A stretch of DNA of 64,000 nucleotides. Origin: Octopus sinensis. Lineage: Eukaryota. The DNA is taken from contig NC_043007.1 in NCBI RefSeq assembly GCF_006345805.1, forward strand, positions 35,526,001 to 35,590,000, written 5' to 3'. The translations under genes were made by a program, and so were the position numbers. This document shows, in pieces, positions 11,209 to 23,760 of this stretch. The notes under the pieces are model-generated. The model was not told the origin of the DNA. It saw only the letters and a list, made by a program, of their open reading frames with translations, and searched no databases. Each line of letters opens with the position of its first letter. Within the stretch, counting starts at the first letter, position 1.

Positions 11209-13075
11209 CACAGGTTTACAAAAATGTTTTTATGCTCTGGGGCAAGGATATGGGTAGGTGTTTTTTCACTAATTTTGATGTGTTGAATTCAATTTTCTGA
11301 ACAGTTTTGCTCCTCCACCACCTCTAGAATGTTGGTTTTTCTCATATCCCATTTTAATTATACTGCATATAAATTCAAGATATATAATGCGTTTATTTCA
11401 TCTGTTACAAAGGCATATTACAGAAAATAAACAGCATAGATACAGAACATTGATGGAACTCAATTACTTGGGTAATACAATACACACAAATCATAGTACA
11501 GCAGACAGTTAGAAGTGAGTTTTTTGGACGACCTTGCGTACTTTGCCTCTGGGATCTCACGCAAGGGCATCCAGCAAAAGTCCTCTATCATGCCGGTGTT
11601 CAACTTATCTTGGTAGTTATTCTCCATCTTAGTAACATCTTGGTGGAACCTTTCTCCATGCTCATCACTCACTGATCCGTGCTTCGGAGGGAAGAAGTTG
11701 AGGTGGCAGAGGAGAATTTTGAGTGACATTCGGTATCCCATATCCTCAGGAGAGTGTAACAACTTCTTGATACACTCTAGGTATATTTAAAAAAAATATT
11801 TTTGTTGCTTTTGTAAAATCTCAGAAAATAATTAAAAATTCACATTTTTTGTCAAATTATTTTGTTATATTTGTCTATCTATCCAACTGTAAGCATTTTA
11901 AATATTTCACTAGTAATCTAGTCCTCGTGTGTTACCAAGGAAGCCATGGCAGACTGACTTAAATGCTTCCCATACTCTCAGTTCCTTTAAGGTAAGAAGC
12001 TCCTCTCAAAGTCCTTATCCTTCAGCACTTCTCGGATCTGAGGTCCGACTAAGTTGCCCTCCTTGAGTTTAGTAAAATTCAGAGCTGGGAACAGAGTGCA
12101 CAAGTGTTGGAAAGTAGCGCCATTTTTGTCTATGGCCTTCACGAAATTCTTCATTAAACCAAGCTTGATATGAAGAGGAGGAAGAAGCACCTTGTTCGTG
12201 CTTACCAGAGGTTTTTTTGGACACTGTGTTCAGCAGGCATGAAAGTTCTCCTAAATCCCCAGTCCTTCTGCTTCTGGTGCTTGGACACAGCCCGACTGTC
12301 CCAGAGACAGAGAAAGCAACAATACTTTGTGAAGCCCGCTTGTTTACCCATAAGGATCCCAATGACATTGAGGTCCCCGCAAAGACTAAACTGGTACTGG
12401 TTGTACTTGACCACTTCCAAAAGGAGTTCCATATTGTCATACGATTCCTTCAGATAGACTGAATAGGCAATGGGAAATGCTGGGGTATTTATTTCCATTG
12501 TGCAGGAGTACAGCCTTCAGACTTTGCTTGGAAGAGTCTATGAAAAGACGTCGATCTGGGGGACTGTGTAGGAAATCAAGGAAGGTGAACAAGCCGGAGA
12601 CATCTGTGTAGTAGCACAACCTGTTTTCCGTGTCGGAAAATAAAGCAAAGTCCTGGTTCCGTGTCCTGAAACTAGTGTTACTTACATCTGCCTTGATCAG
12701 GTTCCACTGCTTAAGCCCGGGATGCCAGAAGCTCTGATTGCTGCTTAGACAGATACAAACCACGGGCCAGGTCATCTAGCTCTTCCTGCGCGATCCAGTG
12801 GGGCTCTTGCCACTTGCTCCTAAATAAACATTGTCTTCAAAAGAGATCGATTTGGAAGAATTTTCCCCTGAAGGCATTTCTTCATTTGATGCTGGAGTTG
12901 TAGGGACACTTATCTGAGTGGGGAACAGGTATCATAGTTGAGGTTGGGATATTTGATCTTTTTTTCTGGAAGAAGCATTGAAACCTGTCATATCTGTTAG
13001 ACAAAATTAACAATCATCTGCATGGCTTCGTGACTGTCTCAAGGCCATAGGTACAGCTTAGAAAATCCATAATAC
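11209..13075 (-). mobile_element. Chapaev3-like DDE transposase pseudogene with one preserved terminus
   Basis: Frameshifted reverse-strand pieces in order: AVPMALRQSRSHADDC*FCLTD; RLFIDSSKQSLKAVLLHNGNKYPSI; LCGDLNVIGILMGKQAGFTKYCCFLCLWDSR; LPPLHIKLGLMKNFVKA; GPQIR; GSVSDEHGERFHQD. Putative end tta|CACAGGTTTACAAAAA at 11206-11209. Family name is from recalled motifs. Confidence 0.8.
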
Positions 13076-13194
13076 AAGGCTGTTTTCTAAGTGAGAATAA
13101 AAAAAAGGCTGAGATGAGGAGGAACGATGAGTGTAAGGAAGGACATATTGAATAATGTACTCTTAGATACACTAAGGTTGATAATAATAAAATG

Positions 13195-13515
13195 ATTACT
13201 TATTTAATCGACCCCGAAAGGATGAAAGGCAAAGTCGACCTTGGCGGAATTTGAACTCAGAACGTAGTGGCAGACGAAATACCTATTTCTTTACTACTCA
13301 CAAGAGGTTAAACACAGAGGGGACAAACAAGGACAGACAAACGGATTAAGGCGATTGCATCGACCTCAGTGCGTAACTGGTACTTATTTAATCGACCCCA
13401 AAAGGATGAAAGGCAAAGTAGACCTCGGCGGAATTTGAACTCAGAACGTAGCGGCAGACGAAATACCGCTGAGCATTTCGCCCGGCGTGCTAACGTTACT
13501 GCCAGCCCACCGCCT
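13195..13515 (-). mobile_element. Family A SINE dimer
   Basis: Two units joined at the same junction (gacgaaatacc|tatttcttt on the + strand, about 13283). Confidence 0.88.
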
Positions 13516-13974
13516 CACAGCCGTTGTTGATCTTCTGACTAACGGAGTATTCTGCGTTTCAACACCACATCAACTTTTAAAAGGTAATAATTGTTACCTT
13601 TTGATTTATCTGTGTGTGTGTGTGTGTGTGTGTAAACCTGTGGGTTTGTTATTCCAAAAACAACCTAAAATGAATCTAAAACATATGTGAGATATTTTAA
13701 AGGTCGATGCTCATGAAACTGTACTTGGAGTCAAGTAAATACGAATAAATCTTTGAAATACAATGACTTTCGATCGTAAGATCGATTGTTAACATTCGCA
13801 CAGGGTTCCAAAGTCCTGGAGAAGGTTCAATATTTTGCTAGTAAGTGTGTAAAAGTATGTCATTAAACCAGAAAGACGAATAGCAAAATCGACCCCCCGC
13901 ACAATTTGAACTTACAACGTAGAGATAAAGCTATTGATTGAAGAACATTAATTTTTACGGTGGTTTACTATATT

Positions 13975-14880
13975 ATACTCGTCCCTCTCAGATAATTTCT
14001 GCCTGGTCTTGACACCTTTCACAAGACTCGAGTCGATTGCAAATGTTATGCAAGGACAGTCAGACTCCCTGTATGCGGAATACCTCAAAGTGTAAGCTGC
14101 AGACGATAGAGGGCTTGATATGATTTGCGATTTAGAGAAATGCGCCAAGCAATCTTAAAGATATGAAAGAAAATAAGATATTAATATCATATTAGCGAAA
14201 CAGAAATAAGAGACTTAGTCAAAACAAAGACTTATGAATACTTAAGAATTAATGAACTCGGCAGAGTGCAGCACAGACAGATGAGAGGAAAGGTTAGGTA
14301 TGAATATTATAGACGCATTAGATTAATACTTTAAATACAACAGAAATATTATATTTAGCACGAATTAAAGAAGCTAGATGTATTTGGCGACTGGAAAGTC
14401 TATTATAAATTATCCACTGTAGGCCTACAGAAATATCTAAAAAGGAATAAGTGGAAAATATTATAAATAGATATAAAACATGAATAAAACAAAGAACTGC
14501 TTTTCTGTTTTTAAGAAAGCCGACAAATAGAAAAGAGAAGCTGAGGTAAGCTGAGACAGTTGTGTAGAGAAGGAAGAAACAACAGAAATTATTAAACGAC
14601 TAAGAACTTAAGCGAAAATAAGATTATAAAATGTCGTGCTAAGAAGTCGGAGAGAAACGATGGTGCATGGCCGATAACTGACATGATTGAACAGAGAGAA
14701 AAAAAAAGGATGAATATAAGAAACACTTACACCGACTGAGAGATAGAAGACTTAAAGCTAAGACTGAAAGATTTGTGAGTCTGTGGTTCATAACGAAAAC
14801 CTTCCTATCAGAAACTATTAAAACATGAAATGAAGCAGAATGCAAATTCTAACTTCAGAATATGTAAGATGGCTACGGGA
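13975..14880 (+). mobile_element. Decayed R4/Dong-like (RLE-type) non-LTR RT fragment
   Basis: FCLVLTPFTRL; DLEKCAK; TYEYLRINELGRVQHRQMRGKVRYEYYRRIRLIL (cf. YKYLGI...KEYYRRVRLIL); LKAKTERF (cf. LKxETEGF). Confidence 0.8.
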
Positions 14881-15374
14881 AGGATTAAAAATAGATGCAT
14901 AGGTTTCGTTTTCGCTTTCAAACCTCACATTCTAGTTATTTCTATTTTCAGATATTTAAATGTTAGTAATCACTCAATTTCTTTTTAGAGATAAAATATT
15001 GTCTCCTGAGACTGATACTTTGCTTGGAAATAACCTACTCTCTTGGTGATCCGTGACAGCAATATTTGGTCCATTGTTCTTAATCCCTTTGTCTTTATGG
15101 TTTGTACGCTCTAGTGTGTAACTACTTTGTCATTTTCGGGGATCTTTTGTAGTATATGTTTATACCATCTCTTTTATGTTCGGAATTTCATAACACCAAT
15201 TATTGAGAAATTATCCAAATTTAATTATCTAAATGTAGATATCTCTTGAATGTGAGATTTGAACGTAGAAACAATACCTATGACATTGGCAAAGATTGAA
15301 AATAAATGCAGGTAAATGCATAACCAAAATCTTCAGGATTTACATACATAATAAATAAAAATAAATGCGCCCTT

Positions 15375-15610
15375 TTAAAGCCTAGCTCATGGGCCCGGTT
15401 TCCCGGTTTCTATGGTGTATGTGTTCTCCAGCTGGACGGGACGCCGGTCCATCTCAGCGTTACTCATTTTTGCCAGCTGAGTGGACTGGAGCAACGTGAA
15501 ATGAAGTGTTTTGCTCAAGAACACAACCCGTCGCCCGGTCCATGAATAGAAACCACAATCTCACGACCATGATGCTGACACGCTAACCATTAAGCAACGC
15601 GCTTCACATT
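15375..15610 (-). mobile_element. tRNA-derived SINE (D-like head and core, B1-like 3' part)
   Basis: Reverse strand has GTGTTCTTGAGCAAAACAC and GGAAACCGGGAAACCGGGCCC. Confidence 0.75.
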
Positions 15611-15691
15611 TGCACACATGCACAATGTATAGAAAATAACACTCCATACATATTAAGTAGAATACTTTTAATACAACAGAAAGCACACAAA

Positions 15692-15854
15692 GGCGCAGGA
15701 GTGGCTGTGTGGTAAGTAGCTTGCTTACCAACCACATCGTTCCGGGTTCAGTGCCACTGTGTGGCACCTTGGGCATGTGTCTTCTACTATAGCCTCGGGC
15801 CGACTGAAGCCTTGTGAGTGGATTTGGTAGACGGAAACTGAAAGAAGCCCGTCG

Positions 15855-15917
<63 letters not shown>

Positions 15918-15990
15918 TGTGTGTGCGTGTTTGTGTGTCTGTGTTTGTCCCCCAAACATCGCTTGACAACCGATGCTGGTGTGTTTACGT
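15692..15990 (+). mobile_element. SINE family C, 3'-truncated, abutting a family A copy
   Basis: Family C head and core; sequence switches to family A after an A-run at about 15991-16002. Confidence 0.88.
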
Positions 15991-15999
15991 CAAAAAAAA

Positions 16000-16233
16000 A
16001 AAGGCGGCGAGCTGGCAGAAACATTAGCACGACCGGGCAAAATGCTTAGCAGTATTTCGTCTGTCTTTATGTTCTGAGTTCAAATTCTGCCGAGGTCGAC
16101 TTTGCCATTCATCCTTTCGGGGTCGATAAATTAAGTACTAGTTACGCACTGGGGTCGATATAATCGACTTAATCCGTTTGTCTGTCCTTGTTTGTCCTGT
16201 CTATGTTTAGCCCCTTGTGGGTAGTAAAGAAAT
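16000..16233 (+). mobile_element. SINE family A, full length
   Basis: Head, core and AAAGAAATA tail. Confidence 0.9.
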
Positions 16234-16279
16234 AAGAAAGTACACAAAGAAAACCCAATAACAATAAGACCTTGAAGCA

Positions 16280-16289
16280 GTGACGACGA

Positions 16290-16337
<48 letters not shown>

Positions 16338-16359
16338 TGACGATGACGATGATGATGAC

Positions 16360-16393
<34 letters not shown>
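16280..16393. repeat. (GAC)n(GAT)n trinucleotide microsatellite
   Basis: Seen directly. Confidence 0.97.
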
Positions 16394-16809
16394 TGGGTTT
16401 GATGAAGGTTTCTTGGATACAAGACCATAATGTTTCAAGGCGGTAGGGATGGAATATGAACGATATTCTTGAGTTTCTAAGAAATACTAACCGTGTGTGA
16501 ATTGGTTTCAATCGAGAAGCGAACCTGGCTTGCAGAATTGGACCGTCAAGAAATTTAATTTTAACTATGCCCTTCAAATTATTTTGTTTCTTTTTACCTT
16601 TTTTTTGTAGTACACATAGCACAACCCGTATATTACGAAGGAAGCCGACTTGGAAGTTGTGATGTTTATGCATTTCCAATGTAAATGAAGAAATAGATTC
16701 ACATAGAGAACTTACCTTTTCTTTTCTTGGGGGAGTTGGGGTTCAAAAGTTCATTTAGAGCTTTTACATTTGAGTTTGAGATTATGATTGATGAAGGGAG
16801 CTGCACAGA

Positions 16810-17021
16810 TACTCTTTTACTTGTTTCAGTCATTTCACTGCGGCCATGCTGGAGCACCGCCTTTAGTCGAGCGAATCGACCCCAGGACTTATTCTTTGTA
16901 AGCCTAGTACTTATTCTATCGGTCTCTTTTACCGAACCGCTAAGTTACGGGGACGTAAACACACCAGCTTCAGTTGTCAAGCGATGTTGGGGGGGGGCAA
17001 ACACAGACACACAAACATACA

Positions 17022-17117
<96 letters not shown>

Positions 17118-17275
17118 TACGACAGGCTTCTTTCAGTTTCCGACTACCAAATCCACTCACAAGGCTTTGGTCGGCCCGAGGTTATAGTAAAAGACACTTG
17201 CCCAAGGTGCCACGCAGTGGGACTGAACCCGGAACCATGTGGTTGATAAGCAAGCTACTTACCACACAGCCACTC
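16810..17275 (-). mobile_element. SINE family C with expanded internal (CA)n(TA)n
   Basis: Family C consensus on both sides of the microsatellite. Confidence 0.9.
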
Positions 17276-17546
17276 TGGGAAATAATTTAACAACCAAATC
17301 AGAAGTCGAAGGTTCATATACTGCTACTAACATCCCCTATTGTCTCTATGACCCACCCAGTAACCCAACCTTCAAAATTGTGTAGTTTAGTATTTTTCAT
17401 TGTGAAAAGCAAATTCTCCCATGGAAGAGAGGATGAATGTGAAGAGCGAAAGGAGTGAGGCGAATAATTTGACCGTAATAAGCTAGTTAACAGTTCCCAT
17501 GCATATCTGTTACAAGTTAATAATTCATGAGACGTACGCAGGACTG

Positions 17547-17780
17547 GCATATTTTGGTCATATTATGTGGAGAAAATCCCTGGAGAAGGACATCATTCTC
17601 GGAATGGTCAGTGACAAGAGGCCGACCAAGAACCCGCTGGCTTGACAACATTAAAAGTGACACGAGAATGGCCATAGCCAATCTGAAAGAAGTGACCCAG
17701 GATAGAACTAGCTGGAGAACACTGATCCATCGAGTAACCGAGAATCGACTTCGACTGAGCGGATAGATAGATGGATAGAT
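17547..17780 (+). mobile_element. 5'-truncated RTE (BovB-like) LINE 3' end
   Basis: RGRPRTRWLDNIKSDT...QDRTSWRTLIHRVTENRLRLSG*, (GATA)n-like tail, and a 13-bp TSD gtacgcaggactg at 17534-17546 and 17781-17793. Confidence 0.9.
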
Positions 17781-18530
17781 GTACGCAGGACTGCAAGAAT
17801 CTAAATAACGTATCTGTTCACTCTTAATACGTTTTGGTAGGTTCGGAAGTGAATACGCTGACCGCTATTGATTTTCGTCCTCGGAGAACATCTCTTTCCT
17901 TTAGACAATTTGTGTTTTTAACCCATGTGATTCATTGATATAAGGGGGCTTTGAAACAGCGCAGTGTTTCGATCTTATTGTCTTCTCAGACAAAGCTATT
18001 CTCGGATCAATTCATCTAACAAGAGTACGTACCTGTTAATTCTCAGAGAGTTGTGTCAGATTTGAACATGATTTTCGACTGTCAGTTATAAGCAATAAAA
18101 TTATCTTGAAATGGCACAGCGACGGTTATAACCTACTTACGGTCCATAGAAATGTTGACTGCGAGTTATGTGCAAGGAAATAATTTCACGTGTTAATGTG
18201 ACACTCATGAAAATATAACTTTATATTTGTAATACGATGGTAAGAATATTCTTAATAACTTCTCCACATTTATAGATACCAATGCATATTGCTAAACCCG
18301 CTGGATAACATTTTTCTCTTCTCTATCATTTGTAGACACCTATCCAAATTTTACTTTACGAACTGCTTTTCACTAACACACAGATTAACACTTCCTGTGC
18401 TTCCCTCAGACACTTCAGAGCCAGAAGTGATCTGAAAGGCTCGGATGATCCTCACCCTTCTATTTCATGCAAATATAGCTATCATCTATCATTAGGTTGA
18501 AAAGAAAGTTCTGCGGTATTTCAAGACAGA

Positions 18531-18942
18531 GCGGATAGATAGATAGATGTACGCAGGACTGCAAGAATCTAAATAACGTATCTGTTCTCTCTTAATACGT
18601 TTTGGTAGGTTCGGAAATGAATATGCTGACCGCTATTGATTTTCGTCCTCGGAGAACATGTCTTTCCTTTAGACAATTTGTGTTCTTAACCCATGTGATT
18701 CATTGATATAAGGGGACGAGCTAGCAGAAACGTTAGCACGCCGGGCGAAATGCGTAGCTGCATTTCGTCTGTCGTTACGTTGTGAGTTCAAATTCCGCCG
18801 AGATCGACTTTGCCTTTCATCCTTTCGGGGTCAATAAATTAAGTACCAGTTACGCACTGGGGTCGATGTAATCGACTTAATACCTATGTCTGTCCTTGTT
18901 TGTCCCCTCTGTGTTTACCCCCTTGTGGGTAATAAAGAAATA
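18531..18942 (+). mobile_element. Composite insertion: about 185-bp copy of 17759-17945 joined to a family A SINE (about 18713-18942)
   Basis: 16-bp direct repeat ggtatttcaagacaga at 18515-18530 and 18943-18958 flanks both parts together. Confidence 0.85.
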
Positions 18943-19226
18943 GGTATTTCAAGACAGAAAAGAAACAAATAACTCTAGTTTTAATTTATATTTTTAATCA
19001 GGATAATGTTACCCCCTCATTATTGATGACATAATCCCATGCATGTAGCAAATTGTTAAATCCCGGGCGTAAAATTTTCCCCAACCACATCGCTTTGGAA
19101 TCAGTTCCACTGCATGATAACTTGGTCAAATGTCTTCTACTACAGCCCCGGGCCGACCAAAACCGTGGGAGTGGATTTGGTTGAAGGAAACTCAAAGAAT
19201 ACGTCGTGTATTAGTCTATATGTGTG

Positions 19227-19274
<48 letters not shown>

Positions 19275-19278
19275 ATAT

Positions 19279-19308
<30 letters not shown>

Positions 19309-19309
<1 letters not shown>

Positions 19310-19673
19310 CTATATATAAACGGCAGTTTGTCTGTGTGTGTTTCTGTGTGTCTGTTAGGTTGTACCCTCACCCTGACCACGGCTTTCAACCGATTCTGAT
19401 GAAACTTGACACACACATAGCCCAATGTCATAATTCAAAACTAACGCAGCGAAAATTTTGAAAAGTTCCCCCAGTTCTGAAAAAAATCGATAAATTCGAC
19501 ATGGGGTCGAGAATTAGAAACACAAACCACAGACTGTCTAGGGGACGCAACTCGACCTTTTTAACTAAAAAAATTTACCATAATTTTTTTTCCATTTTTT
19601 GGCTATAACTCTCTAAAAATGCTTTATAGTTATTTCCCTTACAAACCCGAGCAACGCCGGGCGATACTGCTAG
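19309..19673 (+). mobile_element. Non-autonomous Helitron-type element
   Basis: 5' TC(TATATATAAA), AACCGATTCTGATGAAACTT motif, subterminal hairpin CCCGAGCAACGCCGGG, 3' CTAG at 19670-19673 followed by T, and no TSD. Confidence 0.85.
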
Positions 19674-19979
19674 TATATACTATATGTATACACACACACA
19701 CACACATACACACACACATTTGTGTTGCTGCTATAGCTCATAAAGGGTTTGGCAGTTTATAATTTCTTTTCATAAAATTCACTGTATAATATAATATATT
19801 TTTTACGTTTGTAATTACACATTATATTTTATAAGTTTTTTTAAATATTTTTATACATTTGTATATCTTTTTATATACTTTTTTAGTGTTTATAACTTAT
19901 AAATGTATTTTTGACAATTTATGAGGTCTTTTTGTATAATTTCCTGGATATGAGAATTCTTATTTTATTACATTTTTTA

Positions 19980-21420
19980 ATCATGCAATATATTCATTAA
20001 GTGTCTACATGCCCAAATTGTATCCGAATGCACTCCCTTACACATTTAGTACACTTCTAATTCAATTACCCCATCTATTTGATACCATTTCTTTTTGCGA
20101 TATCTTATACATATCCACCCGTAATGAAGAGAATGGTTCTTATATTAGTTTAAAATATGCTATGAATTTCCATTCACATGATAATTTAATTCCGTTATGC
20201 ATTCATTATAGAATGTTTTTACCATGATCTTCATTAGACTATGTTTAAGAAAAGTCTTAATATTTTTACTTATATATTAAAGTATCGCATTATTATGTAT
20301 TAAATTTAATTTCTATCCTTCTTATATATATTGATTTAAATTTTCGCATTTTAATATTATAAATTTGCTAAGTTATATTCCACTGTTTCCCATATCCTTT
20401 GATTCTAAATCCACCCCTAAAGTTTATATTCTTATCCCTTTGGTTATTCATTATATTCCCTTTTAATATGATAATCAAAGTAAGTAATGGCCATCTCTAT
20501 CCCTTTTTCTTCCAATTATCACCCCTTCCCCATCAGGCATTCCCTTACTACTAACCCTACGCCCTACTCTTTTGTGTAGCTCAAGCTAGATATATGGTAC
20601 CAATACATTGACAGTCTGGTGGATAGTCTGACATTAATTGATTTATTGCCATTAACTATTGGGTTGTCCGGAAAGTTCGTGCCGATTTACAGCAGCTTAC
20701 CTTTCGACTTATTTTAGAACATGGTTGAGTCCATAAAATAGGATTTGACTACACCTCCATTTAGAGCACAGTTTAAGCTATCTCTTCGTGGAAGAAGATT
20801 TATGTTCCTATAACCTGTGTTAATTTTGTAACCCTTTAAAATGGAAGATAAGAATGTTCATTTTCGGCACTTGATGCTTTGGGAACCAGACAAAAATTGC
20901 TGCAGCTCGGCTGGGATGTGTTACCCCACCTTCCATATTCACCAGATATTGCTCCTTCGGATTTCCACTTATTCAGGTCTCTGCAGAATAGTCTTAATGG
21001 TAAAAATTTCAATTCCTGGGATGACGTAAAAAGATAGCTTTTATGAATTCTTTGCCGTGAACCCACCTCAATTCTGGGAAGAGGGTATTTTCAAGTTAAA
21101 GGAAAGATGGAGATGCATTGTGCAACAAAATGGTTCATATTTGGTTGATTAAAAAATGTAATGGCAAGTATTTATTGACCTTTTCCTTCTTTTGAAAATC
21201 GGCACGGACTTTCCGGACAACCCAATAGAATACAGCTGACAACTCCCAATGGATTTGATTCTAAATGGTTGAAGATTACATTCTACATAAAGTCTTCTCA
21301 TTTTATCCTGACCCCACTATTTTCTCGGCTACTCTCTAGATTATAGTAGACTTGACAAGGTATGCATTATTTTCTCATTCTGCTACAGATATAACAAAAA
21401 GAAACAATGCAAATATTTTG
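19980..21420 (-). mobile_element. Possible heavily decayed L1/Tx1-like LINE remnant (host of the mariner below)
   Basis: Strand-skewed AT-rich sequence with weak reverse-strand echoes of GGLGMPD and C-x2-C motifs; many stop codons. Confidence 0.25.
20659..21225 (+). mobile_element. Internally deleted mariner (mellifera-like TIRs), 567 bp
   Basis: TIRs TTGGGTTGTCCGGAAAGTTCGTGCCGATTT / AAATCGGCACGGACTTTCCGGACAACCCAA with TA on both sides. MEDKNVHFRHLML is fused to the C-terminal WDVLPHLPYSPDIAPSDFHLFRSLQN. Confidence 0.95.
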
Positions 21421-22238
21421 AGTTCCATTATTGAGGTGAATATGTTCAGGAAATGGCTGTATCTTTTATGTTTGAAGTCTATGCGGTCATCTAACGAGAA
21501 CGGTTTCTTTCAAATGATGTAATGTTTTCGTTAATCAATTAAAGGAGTCGCTTGAAACGGCCGTAATGAATTGATACCTGTACACCTTTGTTACTCATTT
21601 ATATTTTATTCACATAACTTGGAATCTGCACTTCGAAAATACTTTAGAAAATACTTTTATAAAAAGTACAAATCTGAATTACCAAGAGCGGATATCTTCA
21701 CTTAGCTGGATTGCGTTGTCTGCACATTCGGCAGGATATCACGTACAAACAACCCTGCACGGGATCTTGATATCCAATAGTCAATTAATATTGTATGGGT
21801 CTGTGGATTATACCGACCTACCAAGGTACCTCAATTTAAGTGCTTAATTCAACGGAATCTTATATATAAAGAAGTTTGAAAACGTCACTATATAAGAGAA
21901 ATTTTAATTTTCTTTGAAATTTTACATGTTTCGGTTCTTCTTGAAAAAACGAACCTTATCAAAAATATTTTTAAAAGTTACGTGTAATAAAAAAGTTCCT
22001 AATTGTTTCTTACTAGTCTCAACAGAGTCCACGTGGTGGTGTTTTGTTGTGGGGAGCATAATATTTGTCTTGTGTGTTGACTAGATTCGTTGGCAATAAG
22101 TGAGTGAATCTAAGAAGGGGAATATGTTGAATAAAATCATAATTAATTGATCCTCCTGTATTTTCTTTTACCCAAACCCAGGAACTTTCAGGAAAACCGT
22201 CCACGTGCGTTTGTGTCTGTATGTGTGTGCGTGCGTGC

Positions 22239-22286
<48 letters not shown>

Positions 22287-22439
22287 GGGAGGTAACTTTA
22301 TATTGCAACTGTAAAGGGACAAAACCTCAAAAGATTTATTTTCAAACTTTCACTATTCATCTCTCTCCACACACACGCACACACACACCTTTTGCATTTT
22401 ATCTCTGTATCACTTGTTTCAGTCCTTGGTTTTAGTCCA

Positions 22440-22477
22440 TCATCATCATCATCGTCGTCGTCGTCGTCGTCATCAAC

Positions 22478-22511
<34 letters not shown>

Positions 22512-22562
22512 ACAACAGCAACAGCAACACCAACAACAAGAAGAGAAACATCAACAACAAAC
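22440..22562. repeat. (CAT)n(CGT)n(CAA)n(CAG)n compound microsatellite
   Basis: Seen directly; source of the spurious polyQ/polyH ORF. Confidence 0.95.
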
Positions 22563-22764
22563 GTGTCTACATGTCTATGTGTGTATGTGTGTATGTGTGT
22601 ATGTGTGTTTATGTTTGTGACTGGAGTTTCTGGTGCAGCAAAGAGGAAAGCTATAAATTCCCAGCGCTGAATCTGCAGGGATGGTCACTAGGTGACTTTG
22701 GATAGAGAGGGAAGACCAGTGATTTGCTGCCACTGAGATGCAAGTTGGGTCTTGATCAACCTAT

Positions 22765-22993
22765 TTCTTTACTACCCACAAGGGGCTAAACACAAAGGGG
22801 ACAAACAAGGACAGACAAACGGATTAAGTCGATTATATCGACCCCAGTGCGTAACTGGTACTTATTTAATCGACCCCGAAAGGATGAAAGGCAAAGTCGA
22901 CCTCGGCGGAATTTGAACTCAGAACGTAGCAGCAGACGAAATACGGCTACGCATTTAGCCCAGTGTGCTAACGTTTCTGCCTGCTCACCGCCT
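22765..22993 (-). mobile_element. SINE family A, full length
   Basis: TSD ttgggtcttga(t/g)caacc on both sides. Confidence 0.9.
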
Positions 22994-23129
22994 TGGGTCT
23001 TGAGCAACCCCTGCTCGGTCAATTGGGCGGGTGGTGGGGTCTGACGTTGACAGAAACGGAACTCCCTAGGATTCCAAAACATCACTGATGAATCCTTCCA
23101 GAGCATCTGCGAAATGTATCTTATATGGT

Positions 23130-23600
23130 GGGTGGTGGGGCACGTGGCTTAGTGGTTGGGAGTGCTGGACTCGTAGTCATAAGATTGAGGTATCGATTCC
23201 TGGACCGGGAGACGCGTTATACTCTTGCGTCCTTGTGCAAAACACTTCATTCCACGTCGCTCCAGTCCGCTCAGCAGGCAAAAATGAATTATCCAGCGAC
23301 GGACCGATATTATGTGTGGTAAGTAGCTTGCTTACCAACCATGTGGTTCCGGGTTCATTCCCACTGCGTGGCACCTTGGCCAAGTGTCTTCTACTATAGC
23401 CTCGGGCCGACCAAAGCCTTGTCAGTGGATTTTTGTGTGTCTGTGTTTGTCCCCCCAACATCGCTTGACAACCGATGGTGGTGTGTTTACGTTCCTGTAA
23501 CTTAGCGGTTCGGCAAAGAGACCGATAGAACTAGGCTTACAAAGAATATGTCCTGGGGTTGATTTGCTCAACTAAAGTTTCAAATGGCTGGAACAACTAA
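23130..23600 (+). mobile_element. D-like SINE 5' part fused to an internally deleted family C SINE
   Basis: tRNA-like head at about 23135; switches to the family C TGTGTGGTAAGTAGC at about 23312. Confidence 0.75.
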
Positions 23601-23604
23601 GAGA

Positions 23605-23760
<156 letters not shown>

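Noticed and set aside
18330-18500. Branch point (cactaac) and acceptor-like ttccctcag at about 18410
   Set aside because: There is no convincing donor or recognisable peptide downstream; such motifs are expected by chance.
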